Virus record (IMG/VR): IMGVR_UViG_3300037781_000042 | Location: 32,001-96,000 of that record | Source: a virus | Taxonomy: Duplodnaviria > Caudoviricetes | Direction: 5' to 3' (one strand) | DNA: 64,000 nucleotides | Shown here: in pieces, positions 46,419 to 57,070 of the stretch | How positions within the stretch are numbered: position 1 is the stretch's first letter | Layout of the letters: every line of letters starts with the position of its first letter | Notes under the pieces: model-generated | Told to the model about the DNA's origin: nothing | Database searches by the model: none | The model's input: the letters and a program-made list of their open reading frames with translations, nothing else | Position numbers and translations under genes: made by a program

Positions 46419-49400
46419 ATGGCATTAAATTTAAACGAAATAAAAGTAACCGAATCTACTCAAGTATTGGTAGATAAGTTAAATGAAAATTTTCAATTAA
46501 TAGCAAATTCTAATGGAGGACCTGAAGGAAAATCAGGAAATCCTGGAGGTGCTGGATTACCAGGTCCTAGAGGCCCTGTAGGTTTAACAGGTCCGACGGG
46601 TCAAAGAGGATCTAAATGGTGGAACATAGCAAATACTGCTTTACTTCCAAATGCAGCAATTGTAGGAGACTATGCTGTAATATCTACTAACGGAGATTTT
46701 TATGAGCTTAAAAATGATGGGTGGATAAAGCAAGGAACTTTTAATTTTTCTCAAGGATTAACATTTGATTTAGAAGACATAAGTTATACTTCAGCAGATG
46801 GAGAAGCAGAAACAAGTTTAAAAACTTTAATTAATGCTAAGACAAATAATACTTTATTACTTACAAATATAGATAAACCTGATTCTTCATTAGGACTTCA
46901 AATTCCTACACACGATAGTCCAGGAGATTCGTATCCTTTTATTCAAGGAAGTGATTCTCTTTATAAAGATTTATATGACTATAAATTAAAAATTTACAAC
47001 TCAGGTAATTCAGAAGATGATACTACCCAAATGTATGGTCGTCATATTCATTTAGGAAATTCTTTTGCAATGACTCAAAAATCTGGATGGTTAACAAATT
47101 CAGGATTTACTATAGGAGTTGATTTACATATAGATGACATAAATGATACAGGAGAAGGAAGAGAAATTTTATCTATTGAAGGTAGAACATCAGGAAATCC
47201 AGAGCATTTACATAGACTTCAAATTGAAAATGCTGATTTTTGGGTAAATACTTTTAGAATAGGAAAGAACGGAACTACTTCTGTAGGTTTTGCAGATGAT
47301 TATACACCAACACAAAAATTAGAAATAAACGGTGGAATTAGAATAGGAGATACTTCTATTGAAACAGACGGTTCTATTCGATTTAAAGATGGAGAATTTC
47401 AAGGTTTTGATGGAACAGAATGGGTAGATCTTTCAATTACTGCACAAGAAGTAGTTGATTTAATTAAAACAAATCAAGCATCATTTAATGATAAAGTAAT
47501 AGATACTTCAGGAGATGGAGGAGTTATATTTGGCGACATGTCTTCTGTTGGAACATTAAAAGCAGGAGCTGTTAGATATAATTCAGGCACAGGAGATTTT
47601 GAAGGTTACAATGGAACTTCTTGGGTTGTTTTAAATAATAAAGTAAGTTTAGGAAGTACTGGTGGTCCAGGAGAACCTGGTGGTCCAGGCGGAACAGGAA
47701 ATTTTGTAGACGAAAACGGAGATCCAATAAATTCTAAGATTGCTGTAAATACTAATGATCCTTTAAATGCAGGAAATCCTATTTATGAAGGATTAGTATT
47801 AACATCAGAAGACGGATCAGTTACTTTAAATCAAAGTGTATTAGAATCTAAATATTCAGTAGTTGATTTATCATCTAATGGAATATTTGGTGCAGTAGAT
47901 TCAGAAGGAAATCCTATTTCAGTAAAAGGATTTGATATTAATTCAGATGACATTCAAGTAGATAAAAACATTTCTGATGGAAAAATAAACTATCAACTTA
48001 AATTATCTGATTCATCTAAATTTAAAGATGCTGTAAATGGTGCATTTGATCTTAGATCTTCTGATGGAACTGTTATTGCAAATCCACCTTCAGATGAAAA
48101 AACATATTGGGATTTAAAAGTTTCCCCTGGAGCAGGCTTACAAGAAACTCAACCTGCAGCAGCTAGATATACTGGTGATACTGCTACTCCCGATTTAGAA
48201 TATTCAGCTGCTTATGGTGGACATTATTCTTATCTTTCATTTGAAACAAAAGATTTTGATGCAAATTGTAATATTACTTCTAAAGATCCTTTAACTATAG
48301 AAGTAGAAAAAGGACAAAATGGATATTATAGCGTTTCAGCGAGAGTAAGATTTACTATTGATACTTATCCTGGCGGAACTTTGGCATCGGTAAAACTTTG
48401 TGTATTTAAAGATAATGAAGTTATCTCTGTTTTAAATTCTGTAACGACTGGAGATTCTTATGACATTACACATAATAATTCTAAAGAATACGAATTACAA
48501 GGAACCGATTTAGTTGATTTTGCTTGTGATACGCAAGATTGTTCAAACAGTTTTAAAATTGGTGTTGTAGTTGATTTTGGAACTTCTTCTGGGACAGGAA
48601 GCCTTTCAATGGGAGATTCTTCGGTAGCTATTCATAGAATAACATCAGTTACTCAAGATTCTGTAGATGCTTATTTGTTATCATCTAATACAGCATTTAC
48701 TGAAGTTACTTTACATGACGTTTCAAATGTAGAAACAGCAAATCTAGTATCTGTTGTAAATGATGGACATTTAAAACTTGCGTTACCTCAATACATTACG
48801 TATGAAATTTTAGATGATACTTATTTAAAGATAGATGCAAATATAACAGCTTTACAAGCAGCACTAGATCCTAATTCTACAATTTTAACAAATTCTTATT
48901 CTACTATTAGAGTAGATACTTCATTTACTCATAATTCTGATAATGATAGTGAATTAGAATTTATTTCTGGAGATAATGTTAGTTTAAGTTTAACTGATAA
49001 TCAATTAACTATAAACTCTACGGCTCCTAAACCTACAGTACAAAGCGATGGAGCAAATGTTGCTTCTACTTACGACAATATAGATTTTAGTTCAGAATTT
49101 TCAGTTACTGAAGCAGGTGGTAAAGTTTCTGTTTCAATGAATACGAGTAATTCTGGAGGAAAACATAATGTTATTCATTTAAGTACAAATTATTATGGAT
49201 ATTTAAGTACTATTCAATCAGGAACAAATGAAGATATTCAAGCAGGTATTTTAAACTATAATACGTTTTCAAATGCTGCGGCTGCTGGAATTAGATATAG
49301 ATCAGTAGGAGAAGAAATTTTAGATTCTGATTTAGGCGCAATTTCTCATGGAGATTTAACTGGTGGTATTGTATTAGTACCAGAAGAAACTGCTAAATAT

Positions 49401-49865
49401 TCAATATCTACAAACGTTGGAATTGATTTTGTAATGTTTAATGAAGCATTTAGTCCGGTTGTAAATTATACAACAAATGATTTAGGTCACGCTGGAATTG
49501 GTTTATTTAAATTAAGTGGAGGCGGATCATATACAATCAAAACTGGTTTAGGAACTGCATCTGCTTCATTAGTAAAAATGTTAGGATCTGCAAGTACTCC
49601 TATAGATATAATGAGAACTTGGAATAAAAACGGTTCTCCTGATAGAGTAAGTCTTGCAACATGTACTAGAATAGGAGGAACAACTATTTTAGAATTAACA
49701 GAAGATGAAAAATACGTCTTTGGTGTTGTTACTGGACCTGCTCGAACTTATATAGATGTTTATCGTAGAAAATCAAACGAGTTAACCGTTCAGTCTTTAG
49801 GACAAATGGACGATTTTAAAGCTCTATTATATGATGCTGATATTTCAGTTGAAAAAATTCTATAA
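46419..49865 (+). CDS. baseplate/tail structural protein with short collagen tract
   Basis: N-terminal DKLNENF (gp9/gp10-like), GPxG triplets, and two G.(I/V)R(F/Y)....F.G(F/Y).GT.W repeats. Confidence 0.7.
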   Translation: MALNLNEIKVTESTQVLVDKLNENFQLIANSNGGPEGKSGNPGGAGLPGPRGPVGLTGPTGQRGSKWWNIANTALLPNAAIVGDYAVISTNGDFYELKNDGWIKQGTFNFSQGLTFDLEDISYTSADGEAETSLKTLINAKTNNTLLLTNIDKPDSSLGLQIPTHDSPGDSYPFIQGSDSLYKDLYDYKLKIYNSGNSEDDTTQMYGRHIHLGNSFAMTQKSGWLTNSGFTIGVDLHIDDINDTGEGREILSIEGRTSGNPEHLHRLQIENADFWVNTFRIGKNGTTSVGFADDYTPTQKLEINGGIRIGDTSIETDGSIRFKDGEFQGFDGTEWVDLSITAQEVVDLIKTNQASFNDKVIDTSGDGGVIFGDMSSVGTLKAGAVRYNSGTGDFEGYNGTSWVVLNNKVSLGSTGGPGEPGGPGGTGNFVDENGDPINSKIAVNTNDPLNAGNPIYEGLVLTSEDGSVTLNQSVLESKYSVVDLSSNGIFGAVDSEGNPISVKGFDINSDDIQVDKNISDGKINYQLKLSDSSKFKDAVNGAFDLRSSDGTVIANPPSDEKTYWDLKVSPGAGLQETQPAAARYTGDTATPDLEYSAAYGGHYSYLSFETKDFDANCNITSKDPLTIEVEKGQNGYYSVSARVRFTIDTYPGGTLASVKLCVFKDNEVISVLNSVTTGDSYDITHNNSKEYELQGTDLVDFACDTQDCSNSFKIGVVVDFGTSSGTGSLSMGDSSVAIHRITSVTQDSVDAYLLSSNTAFTEVTLHDVSNVETANLVSVVNDGHLKLALPQYITYEILDDTYLKIDANITALQAALDPNSTILTNSYSTIRVDTSFTHNSDNDSELEFISGDNVSLSLTDNQLTINSTAPKPTVQSDGANVASTYDNIDFSSEFSVTEAGGKVSVSMNTSNSGGKHNVIHLSTNYYGYLSTIQSGTNEDIQAGILNYNTFSNAAAAGIRYRSVGEEILDSDLGAISHGDLTGGIVLVPEETAKYSISTNVGIDFVMFNEAFSPVVNYTTNDLGHAGIGLFKLSGGGSYTIKTGLGTASASLVKMLGSASTPIDIMRTWNKNGSPDRVSLATCTRIGGTTILELTEDEKYVFGVVTGPARTYIDVYRRKSNELTVQSLGQMDDFKALLYDADISVEKIL

Positions 49866-49888
49866 GTAGAATATTAAAAAGAAAATAA

Positions 49889-51568
49889 ATGAAACAAATA
49901 TTTAAAGAATCAAGAATCAAGTTTAGTGAATTACTTTCTGACGCAAGAACGTATTTAACTGAAGTTCATAATCAAAATAATAAGACATATACTCCTGCTT
50001 CTCCGTTTGGACAAATTCTTACTGCAGTAGTAGGGTTAACAGAGAAAGTTTTTTATTATATTGAAGATGCTATTTCAGAAAACAATATTAATTCTGCTTC
50101 TAGATCTTCTTCTAAAAGAGGATTAATTGCTTTAACTGGTTATCAACCTAAAAACGCTACATCTGCTTCAGGTTTAGCAACAATAAGATATAACGGAAAG
50201 CAACCTTTAGATTCTCAAGTAAATCAAATAATACTTCCTAATTATACAAGAGTTTTTTGTCCTGCTAATAATTTATATTATTTAACACAATCGAATTCCG
50301 AAATACGTTTTTATTCAAATGATAAAGAAAAAACGATTTCCGTAAAACTTATTCAAGGTGAAATATTTGAACAAACTTTTACAGGAACTGGATTATCATT
50401 ACAAAGTTTTAGAATAAATGAAAGATTTTCTGACTTTGTAGATTTAGATAGTTTAGTAGTAAAAGTAAACGGGTTAGTAAGTAAAAGATATTATGGATTA
50501 AATGATATTCCTTTAGGAGAACTTGGTTATCAAGTTAGAACTTCTGTAGGAGGAGGAATAGATATATTTTTTGGAACTCTTTACAATGGAACTCCACCAC
50601 CCCCAGGAGCTACTATTTCTGTTTCATATATTAAAAATTCAGGATCTGCTGGAAATATTATAGATGCTAGAGATTTAAGATTTGAATTTGTAGACGAAGG
50701 TTTTGATAATCAAGGAAATTCTATAGATTTAAATGAATATTTAAGTGTAGAAGCACAAGAAGGTTTAGTATTAGGATCTAATCCAGAACCTATAGACGTA
50801 ACTGTAATTTCAGGACCTAAACACTCAAGATCATTTGTTCTTTCAAATACAGATGCTTATGAATCTTATTTAAATAGAATGAATTATTTTTCTACTGTAG
50901 ATGTATTTAATACATTTGAAGATGATAATTTAGATGACGATAATGTTGTTTATATGTTCTTAATTCCTAATTTATCATTAAGAATTTCTCCTAAGTACAA
51001 TTATTTTACTGCTCCTTTGAGTTCATTTTTAATGACAGGACAAGAGACTACTCAGTTATTAGAAACTATTGAAGGATCTGGACAAGTAATGATAGGAACA
51101 GAATTTGAAATAATTCAACCTACTATTAAGAAGTTCACATTACATGTAATTATTAATTACTTTAAAGGACATTCTAAAGAATTAATTAGAACAAATATTA
51201 TTGATCAGCTTTCTGATTATTTTATTAATTATACTCGAAGAGATACTATTCCTAAATCTGATATAATTGCAATGATTGAATATGTAGACGGAGTAGATTC
51301 AGTAAATGTTTATTTTAAAGAAGATCCTGCTAATTATTCAGTAAATGATGATACTTATATTACTGAAATGGGAGACATTCAAATAGGTAAAAAAGATTAT
51401 CCTATAATTAGAGGTGGATGGACTGATGATACTGGAGTAACTTACTTAGAAGATCTTTCAGAAAATTTACCTTCATCTTTAAATATTACATTTAATAAAG
51501 AAGTCGAAAAGAATTCAAATAGAATTAAAAATAAAAGTTTAGTAACACAAATAAGAAATAGAAGATAA
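49889..51568 (+). CDS. baseplate wedge protein, T4 gp6/baseplate-J-like
   Basis: AS...L.A..GY.P..ATSA.G, Y.I.FG....G..P, G...E.I, and L....DY...L motifs. Confidence 0.85.
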   Translation: MKQIFKESRIKFSELLSDARTYLTEVHNQNNKTYTPASPFGQILTAVVGLTEKVFYYIEDAISENNINSASRSSSKRGLIALTGYQPKNATSASGLATIRYNGKQPLDSQVNQIILPNYTRVFCPANNLYYLTQSNSEIRFYSNDKEKTISVKLIQGEIFEQTFTGTGLSLQSFRINERFSDFVDLDSLVVKVNGLVSKRYYGLNDIPLGELGYQVRTSVGGGIDIFFGTLYNGTPPPPGATISVSYIKNSGSAGNIIDARDLRFEFVDEGFDNQGNSIDLNEYLSVEAQEGLVLGSNPEPIDVTVISGPKHSRSFVLSNTDAYESYLNRMNYFSTVDVFNTFEDDNLDDDNVVYMFLIPNLSLRISPKYNYFTAPLSSFLMTGQETTQLLETIEGSGQVMIGTEFEIIQPTIKKFTLHVIINYFKGHSKELIRTNIIDQLSDYFINYTRRDTIPKSDIIAMIEYVDGVDSVNVYFKEDPANYSVNDDTYITEMGDIQIGKKDYPIIRGGWTDDTGVTYLEDLSENLPSSLNITFNKEVEKNSNRIKNKSLVTQIRNRR

Positions 51569-51569
51569 C

Positions 51570-51869
51570 ATGGAAAAACTATATAAAAATTTTAAAGATT
51601 TTTCAGTAAATGAAGATTTTTATCAAGAAAGATCAGAAAGAAAAATAACAGAAGAAGAAATATTAGAAGAATTAAATAAAGTTTCTATTGAAGAAGATGA
51701 AAGATTTAATGTAGGAACTAAACTAGATATAGGATTTACTTCTCCTAATATTCCAAAGGTAGAAGCAAATGAAATAATTGAAGAAGTAATTTCTTTGATG
51801 GAAGAAAAATTTAATTTGCACTATAAAGTAGATTACGTAAGTTCTACTGGATTTGTTCTAGTTATTTAA
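51570..51869 (+). CDS. hypothetical protein, candidate internal head protein
   Basis: N-terminus MEKLYKNFKDFSVNE. Confidence 0.65.
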   Translation: MEKLYKNFKDFSVNEDFYQERSERKITEEEILEELNKVSIEEDERFNVGTKLDIGFTSPNIPKVEANEIIEEVISLMEEKFNLHYKVDYVSSTGFVLVI

Positions 51870-52330
51870 GGAATTATTAACTCGTGATTATCATACATAT
51901 AGTTAAATCTTTGTTTTGATATTTCATGTAAAAAGGTTTCACCTGGGACAAACTTAGCCTCTCTAAAGAATGTCATAGTTTTTTGATCTCTTGTGAATTC
52001 ATAAATGTCACCAGATAATATACGATTATCTTTGTCAAAATTTCTAAGATGTATGTAGTATATGTTCATTTGATTATACTTAAATCTGAAGCTGTAATAC
52101 TTTCCTTTTTCAAGTAGTTCATCAATATTATTTAAAATTATCTCTTCTAAATCTTTTCGTTTTTTATTTACTCTACGCTTATTTGAAATAAACTCACCAA
52201 AGGCTTCTCTATCTTCTCTAATTGAACTATGTCCATTCAATTCTAATTGTACCTTCATGTAATCATCTTTAAGGTCGTGATACTTTTGGTTAGCATCAGA
52301 AATTTCTTCCCATTTAGTTTTACTGTCCAT
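51866..52330 (-). CDS. hypothetical protein
   Basis: ORF track. Confidence 0.6.
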   Translation of the reverse strand: MDSKTKWEEISDANQKYHDLKDDYMKVQLELNGHSSIREDREAFGEFISNKRRVNKKRKDLEEIILNNIDELLEKGKYYSFRFKYNQMNIYYIHLRNFDKDNRILSGDIYEFTRDQKTMTFFREAKFVPGETFLHEISKQRFNYMYDNHELIIP

Positions 52331-52488
52331 TCAGGACCTCCCAAAATCTTTGTGGTAAATAAATATTTTCAACTTCTATAGCACTTTGAAAAAATGGAGC
52401 AATTTGATATGGTTTATATCCAGCAAGACAGCATTTGTAATATTACTTGCTTGAAATTCTTTCTATCATTTTTTATCCTTTTTTCATA

Positions 52489-52878
52489 TCAATTTTCATA
52501 AAAATTTATATACATATTACGAATGTAATTAATTCTATAAATACCTTCTTCTGCACTTGCATACACAAAAAGTTTCATTCTTTCTCTAATATCTTTTAAA
52601 TTAGAAAGAATTTCAGTAGTAGGAAGATTTTCAAATATTTCAAGTTCTAAATGGGTACTTTCTTTTTGTGTTGAATCTCCGTAAAATTTTAAAGTACCGC
52701 ATGTTTTTAACAGTGCACCGTATTGTGCAGCGTCTGGATCATTATATAAAAATGCCATTCCATTTTTAATTTTTTCGATATACTTCTCTAAAACACCATC
52801 AGCAAAAACAATTTCATATTCACCTGGAGTGTCGACAAAATCTTTCCAATCTTTTATTTCAATATATTTTTTATTCAT
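52489..52878 (-). CDS. hypothetical protein
   Basis: ORF track, operon coupling. Confidence 0.6.
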   Translation of the reverse strand: MNKKYIEIKDWKDFVDTPGEYEIVFADGVLEKYIEKIKNGMAFLYNDPDAAQYGALLKTCGTLKFYGDSTQKESTHLELEIFENLPTTEILSNLKDIRERMKLFVYASAEEGIYRINYIRNMYINFYEN

Positions 52879-53632
52879 AATGAGTGTTCCACCTTCTATG
52901 ATATATTTCAGGATCTGATCCTATGAAATATGTGATATATCCTACAATTAATAACCCTATTAAACTGAAACCTACGTTTCCTGCTATTCTTTTTATCAAT
53001 ATATCCTCATAAGAAATTATATAAGGAATAATTCCCATAGTTCCTAGTATTGATGCAATAAGAATAAGTAAAGGAACAAATAATAGAAAATATCTCATTA
53101 AATATCCACTATCAATAAATCCTGAAATTCTATTTGTTATAGAAAGATCATTTCCCCATTTATGAACTAAATAATAAAATTCATCGGTTAATTTTATAAA
53201 CATTAAAGGATCCTTTGGTTCTTTTTCCAGTTTTAAAGAATTCAGAGGAGCAACTATAAAGTAATCATCATGGTTAATATCTGTTCCAATATTTTCTTTT
53301 GCTTCTTTTATTTTTTGAGGAAGCTCTGGTGGGATAGTTCCTTTATAATATTGAGTTTCAACAAATCTTAAATTATAATTTAAACAAAGCTTTTTAATTT
53401 CTGATTTACTAAAAATTCTTTTAGTATCTAAATTTTTACCAAATTTTCTTTCAGTATTTTCTTTTGCTTTCTCATAATGAGAAAAAGAAAAACCTGCTTC
53501 AGACAAAATCTCTTTATCTTCTTCTACTGCATCTTCTAAAACATCTTTAAAATGTTCTACTATAAAAGAACTTTCTTCAGTTTCTTTCTCTCTCATTTTT
53601 AATAATTTCTGTTCTAAGTCTATTGTTAACAT
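52871..53632 (-). CDS. phage membrane protein with two C-terminal TM helices
   Basis: LRF..T..YKG.IP, KDPLMF...YYLVHKWGND.S motifs followed by two hydrophobic helices. Confidence 0.7.
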   Translation of the reverse strand: MLTIDLEQKLLKMREKETEESSFIVEHFKDVLEDAVEEDKEILSEAGFSFSHYEKAKENTERKFGKNLDTKRIFSKSEIKKLCLNYNLRFVETQYYKGTIPPELPQKIKEAKENIGTDINHDDYFIVAPLNSLKLEKEPKDPLMFIKLTDEFYYLVHKWGNDLSITNRISGFIDSGYLMRYFLLFVPLLILIASILGTMGIIPYIISYEDILIKRIAGNVGFSLIGLLIVGYITYFIGSDPEIYHRRWNTHYE

Positions 53633-53633
53633 G

Positions 53634-54038
53634 TTAATCTCCTATATGTTTATTAATTTCTATTGATATAAAATCAAATAATTCTTTAAATTGTTTTCTA
53701 TTTATACTTTTAAAATATCCTTCTTTAAATTCATTTTCAATATGTCTTCCTTGTGTTGCTCTAACTATTAATTCTACTTCAGGTTCTTTTTCAAACGAGA
53801 ATAATTCAGCATTTACTTCGACACAATCTAACCATGCAGAAATACAAATACATTCTTCATCTAATGAATAAATATTTAACTCTGGATTTTTTGATACATT
53901 TAAATATACAATAAGATTTTCTATAAATTCTTTACAAATAATTCTAAGATTTTCTTTTTCTGTTGAAGTAGGTTTAGATAACTCAGTTATTAAAAAATTT
54001 ATTTTATTTTGTATTTCTTCTATTTTAAAAATATTCAT
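53634..54038 (-). CDS. hypothetical protein
   Basis: ORF track. Confidence 0.6.
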   Translation of the reverse strand: MNIFKIEEIQNKINFLITELSKPTSTEKENLRIICKEFIENLIVYLNVSKNPELNIYSLDEECICISAWLDCVEVNAELFSFEKEPEVELIVRATQGRHIENEFKEGYFKSINRKQFKELFDFISIEINKHIGD

Positions 54039-54520
54039 TATTTTATTTTTCTTGGGTGTAATTCGTCAGGTTTTCCATAGTCCTTTAAAATCTTTTTATC
54101 TGTTACTTCATCAATGAATGTTCTAAAATATAAAAATTTATTAAAATTAAAATCATCTTCAAGCAACAAATTAAATAAACCTTTTTGATTTGATTTATTA
54201 GATTTCAGTATTTTCTTTTCTTCTTCATATTCTTTAGATAATGAATCCTTTAAAATACTTTCTAAAATTTCAATTTTTTCCAATTGACTTAAAGAAGATT
54301 CTTGTAAAGATAGATATTCTTCATAATAAAGATCTGCTAAAAGAACTTCTATTTTATTTTGGAAATTTATTAAAGATCGTTTATTTTTTTCGTATTTTTC
54401 TTCCCATTCTTTATACTTATTTGTTCTAAATGAACAAGTTTCTTTTTTATGAAATATTTTTTCCATTAATTGGATATATTTCAAAGATGGTCCCTTTCTT
54501 GGTGGTTTAGTTATTCCCAT
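54038..54520 (-). CDS. hypothetical protein
   Basis: ORF track; TAATG coupling. Confidence 0.6.
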   Translation of the reverse strand: MGITKPPRKGPSLKYIQLMEKIFHKKETCSFRTNKYKEWEEKYEKNKRSLINFQNKIEVLLADLYYEEYLSLQESSLSQLEKIEILESILKDSLSKEYEEEKKILKSNKSNQKGLFNLLLEDDFNFNKFLYFRTFIDEVTDKKILKDYGKPDELHPRKIK

Positions 54521-54554
54521 AAAAATCCCTTAATTTTTACCATTCTTTTTGATT

Positions 54555-55022
54555 TTATTGTTCTTGCGAAACTTTGTCTTCGATATTAAAATCTGTCTGT
54601 TCAATTTTATAACAATTTCTCCAAAAACCTGTGACAAAATCGCCAAGTCCTGACGACTGCCTATCATTTTTATTAATTTCTTCTTTGATAGATTCTGAGT
54701 CACATATTTGAACATCTGCTATACCACCAAAAAACATTAGAAAATAATCTCCAATTTCTATAGGTTCTGTATTTTTAAAACATGAAAAATTATATTTACC
54801 TTCATAACCTTCTACTACGGTTCTAAAAAATTCCATATCTGGGTTAGTTTTCCACCTATGTTTTAAATCTTTAGTTTCACCATTGTCATCTACAAATGTT
54901 ATAATATCAGCATTAATTACTGTCTTTGTATCTGGAGACCAGGATTTAAAATCAGATAGTTGTATATCTTCTATATCTTTATCTATATCAAGTAAATCTT
55001 CTCGTGTTAATAATATTTTCAT
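54555..55022 (-). CDS. hypothetical protein
   Basis: ORF track. Confidence 0.6.
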   Translation of the reverse strand: MKILLTREDLLDIDKDIEDIQLSDFKSWSPDTKTVINADIITFVDDNGETKDLKHRWKTNPDMEFFRTVVEGYEGKYNFSCFKNTEPIEIGDYFLMFFGGIADVQICDSESIKEEINKNDRQSSGLGDFVTGFWRNCYKIEQTDFNIEDKVSQEQ

Positions 55023-55031
55023 TTTTTATCT

Positions 55032-55295
55032 CTAATTTTTTCCATAATTTATTTGCACCCACAATATTAAACTTGCCATCAATAATCTTACTAATACTAA
55101 TAGTGCGCCCATTCCCCAGAATACCCAAAATGCTATAGAATGTTCTTTATTTAAAGCAACTGCAAGAAATGTATAAATATGAGCAAATACAAATGAAGTA
55201 AACACTTTCCAAATCATTGTATTTAAAGTTATTTGTTTTTTATCAATTAGTTTTAGAACAGATTTTATTAAATCATTTTTATCATTAATACTCAT
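55032..55295 (-). CDS. small two-TM membrane protein
   Basis: Two hydrophobic helices. Confidence 0.6.
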   Translation of the reverse strand: MSINDKNDLIKSVLKLIDKKQITLNTMIWKVFTSFVFAHIYTFLAVALNKEHSIAFWVFWGMGALLVLVRLLMASLILWVQINYGKN

Positions 55296-55302
55296 ACAAC
55301 TA

Positions 55303-55500
55303 TTATTTTTCTTTTTTTAATTGATTAGTGTACCTAGAACTTATATCACAGTTTTTAATTTCTTTCGCATTTAATTTTTCTTTAAGATCTGCTACCGTTC
55401 CCATAATATCGCATCTTATAATTTTTCCATCTGCTACAAATAATTGTCCATAATAGACTCTATAAGAATCTTCTAGAATTATTTCATTTAATTTTTCCAT
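55303..55500 (-). CDS. small hypothetical protein
   Basis: ORF track. Confidence 0.6.
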   Translation of the reverse strand: MEKLNEIILEDSYRVYYGQLFVADGKIIRCDIMGTVADLKEKLNAKEIKNCDISSRYTNQLKKEK

Positions 55501-55954
55501 TGTTTTTCTCCACTAGGTGAACTTCATATTCATAGCTATCTAAATTAAATAAATATAACAATTCTCTATCATCTAATTTTTGTATAGAAGGTTTTACTCT
55601 ATCTTTAAATTGAACAATTGTGTTTTTATCATACTTAGTAGAACCAAAAATAAATTTAATTTTTTTCTCTTCTACAGAGTATGTTTCATTTTTATTCAGT
55701 ATTACATACGAAAGGTTGTCTCGTTCGTCAATTACTGTTTTTATATTTGAAATTTTACAAGGAAATTCCTGTACTTTTATTTTTTCAGTATTAAATGCAC
55801 TTACACAAAGGGATAAAAAAACATTAATACAAGTAAGAATAATAAGAGTAACAGCTATAACCTCAAATCTTTTTTTATCATCAAATAGAGAAACAGCAAA
55901 ACTACCAATTAACATACTTAAAACTATTGCAAGCATTTTATTTTCTCCATCCAA
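55484..55954 (-). CDS. membrane-anchored hypothetical protein
   Basis: Two N-terminal hydrophobic helices. Confidence 0.6.
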   Translation of the reverse strand: MDGENKMLAIVLSMLIGSFAVSLFDDKKRFEVIAVTLIILTCINVFLSLCVSAFNTEKIKVQEFPCKISNIKTVIDERDNLSYVILNKNETYSVEEKKIKFIFGSTKYDKNTIVQFKDRVKPSIQKLDDRELLYLFNLDSYEYEVHLVEKNNGKIK

Positions 55955-56150
55955 TTCTTACATTAAAACTAACTATTGTAAATACTATGGATTCTACTAT
56001 CCATAAAAGCACTAATAAAAACGTATGATTAAAATTTTTTAACAGACTAAAAGTTTCATTTAGAGATCCTGTAATAATTAAAAAACATAAAAGCATTAAA
56101 ATAGGAGGAAGAAAAATACCTACTAAAAAATCTATTTTCTTAAATTTCAT
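55938..56150 (-). CDS. small two-TM membrane protein
   Basis: AGGAG site; two hydrophobic helices. Confidence 0.6.
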   Translation of the reverse strand: MKFKKIDFLVGIFLPPILMLLCFLIITGSLNETFSLLKNFNHTFLLVLLWIVESIVFTIVSFNVRIGWRK

Positions 56151-56166
56151 TTTTATTTCTCCTAAA

Positions 56167-56502
56167 TTATCCTTTTACTTTTTCAATCGCTTCTTCAAAT
56201 ATTTCCTTAGTAGCAGTCATAAATTCTTCTTCAGATATAAGAGAAAATCCTACTTTGTTTACTAGTAAATCAAAAGATGTACGTTGTCCATTTCTATCAA
56301 TTCCTGAAATAACCAAAACAACATCTCTCAAAGATTCTTTAAAGAATGGTCCATTAGTAGTAATATCTTTAATTTTACCTACGATAAAAGATGTTTCTAT
56401 ATAGCGACCAACAAATTCTTCTTTCAATTTATTAAAATTCTTTTTTTCTAAAGTCTCTACTTCTTTTTTATACAATTCTAATTTTTCATCTAATAAATTC
56501 AT
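56167..56502 (-). CDS. hypothetical protein
   Basis: ORF track. Confidence 0.6.
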   Translation of the reverse strand: MNLLDEKLELYKKEVETLEKKNFNKLKEEFVGRYIETSFIVGKIKDITTNGPFFKESLRDVVLVISGIDRNGQRTSFDLLVNKVGFSLISEEEFMTATKEIFEEAIEKVKG

Positions 56503-56503
56503 T

Positions 56504-56902
56504 TTAAACCTCTATTTTAAAGTTATTAATACCGTAACCGCCGTCAACATAATCAGTAAGTAATTCGTCTAAATCTTCACTTTCATAGACGTCCCAATTC
56601 TCAAACGAATCGTTTTCCAATATATCTATAAGCTTCTCAAAAGTAACATCTTCACCTTTAAAATCTTTTTCGATTTTGTCTCTTTCTAATAACCACATTC
56701 CTTCCTGTCTTTCATATTCTTGGTTCCATCCTTCTTGGATTCTAACCAACCAAAAATCATGAGTATCTAAACAAAGAAAAAATCTTTTGTAATTTCCGTC
56801 ATCATAACCTTGATTTGCTTTAAAGGCAAGATCAGTAATTTCTGTATACTGTGCAAACTTAAAGGTAAGTTCATCAAACATTTCTTGTAATGTCTTTTCC
56901 AT
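56504..56902 (-). CDS. acidic hypothetical protein
   Basis: First ORF after early motif copy 3. Confidence 0.65.
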   Translation of the reverse strand: MEKTLQEMFDELTFKFAQYTEITDLAFKANQGYDDGNYKRFFLCLDTHDFWLVRIQEGWNQEYERQEGMWLLERDKIEKDFKGEDVTFEKLIDILENDSFENWDVYESEDLDELLTDYVDGGYGINNFKIEV

Positions 56903-56909
56903 ATTTTAC

Positions 56910-56976
56910 TTTTCCTATAATTGTTAATTGAATATGATGTAATATAAGAAAAATTTTTTAAATAAAAAAATTAAAT
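56910..56976 (-). promoter_or_regulatory. putative early promoter/leader, copy 3
   Basis: Contains both the copy-1 and copy-2 shared sequences. Confidence 0.6.
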
Positions 56977-57070
56977 TTTAAATATTTCTAAAGTTTTATT
57001 CTAAATGCACTAGGGAGTGCAGAGGAGCATCAGGTTTAATTTTATGTGTGATGATGTATGTAACTGTATT

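Noticed and set aside
52321-52469. Possible small minus-strand gene with an internal TAA (MIERISSK*YYKCC...)
   Set aside because: Too short, no recognisable motif, and no other evidence of stop-codon read-through.
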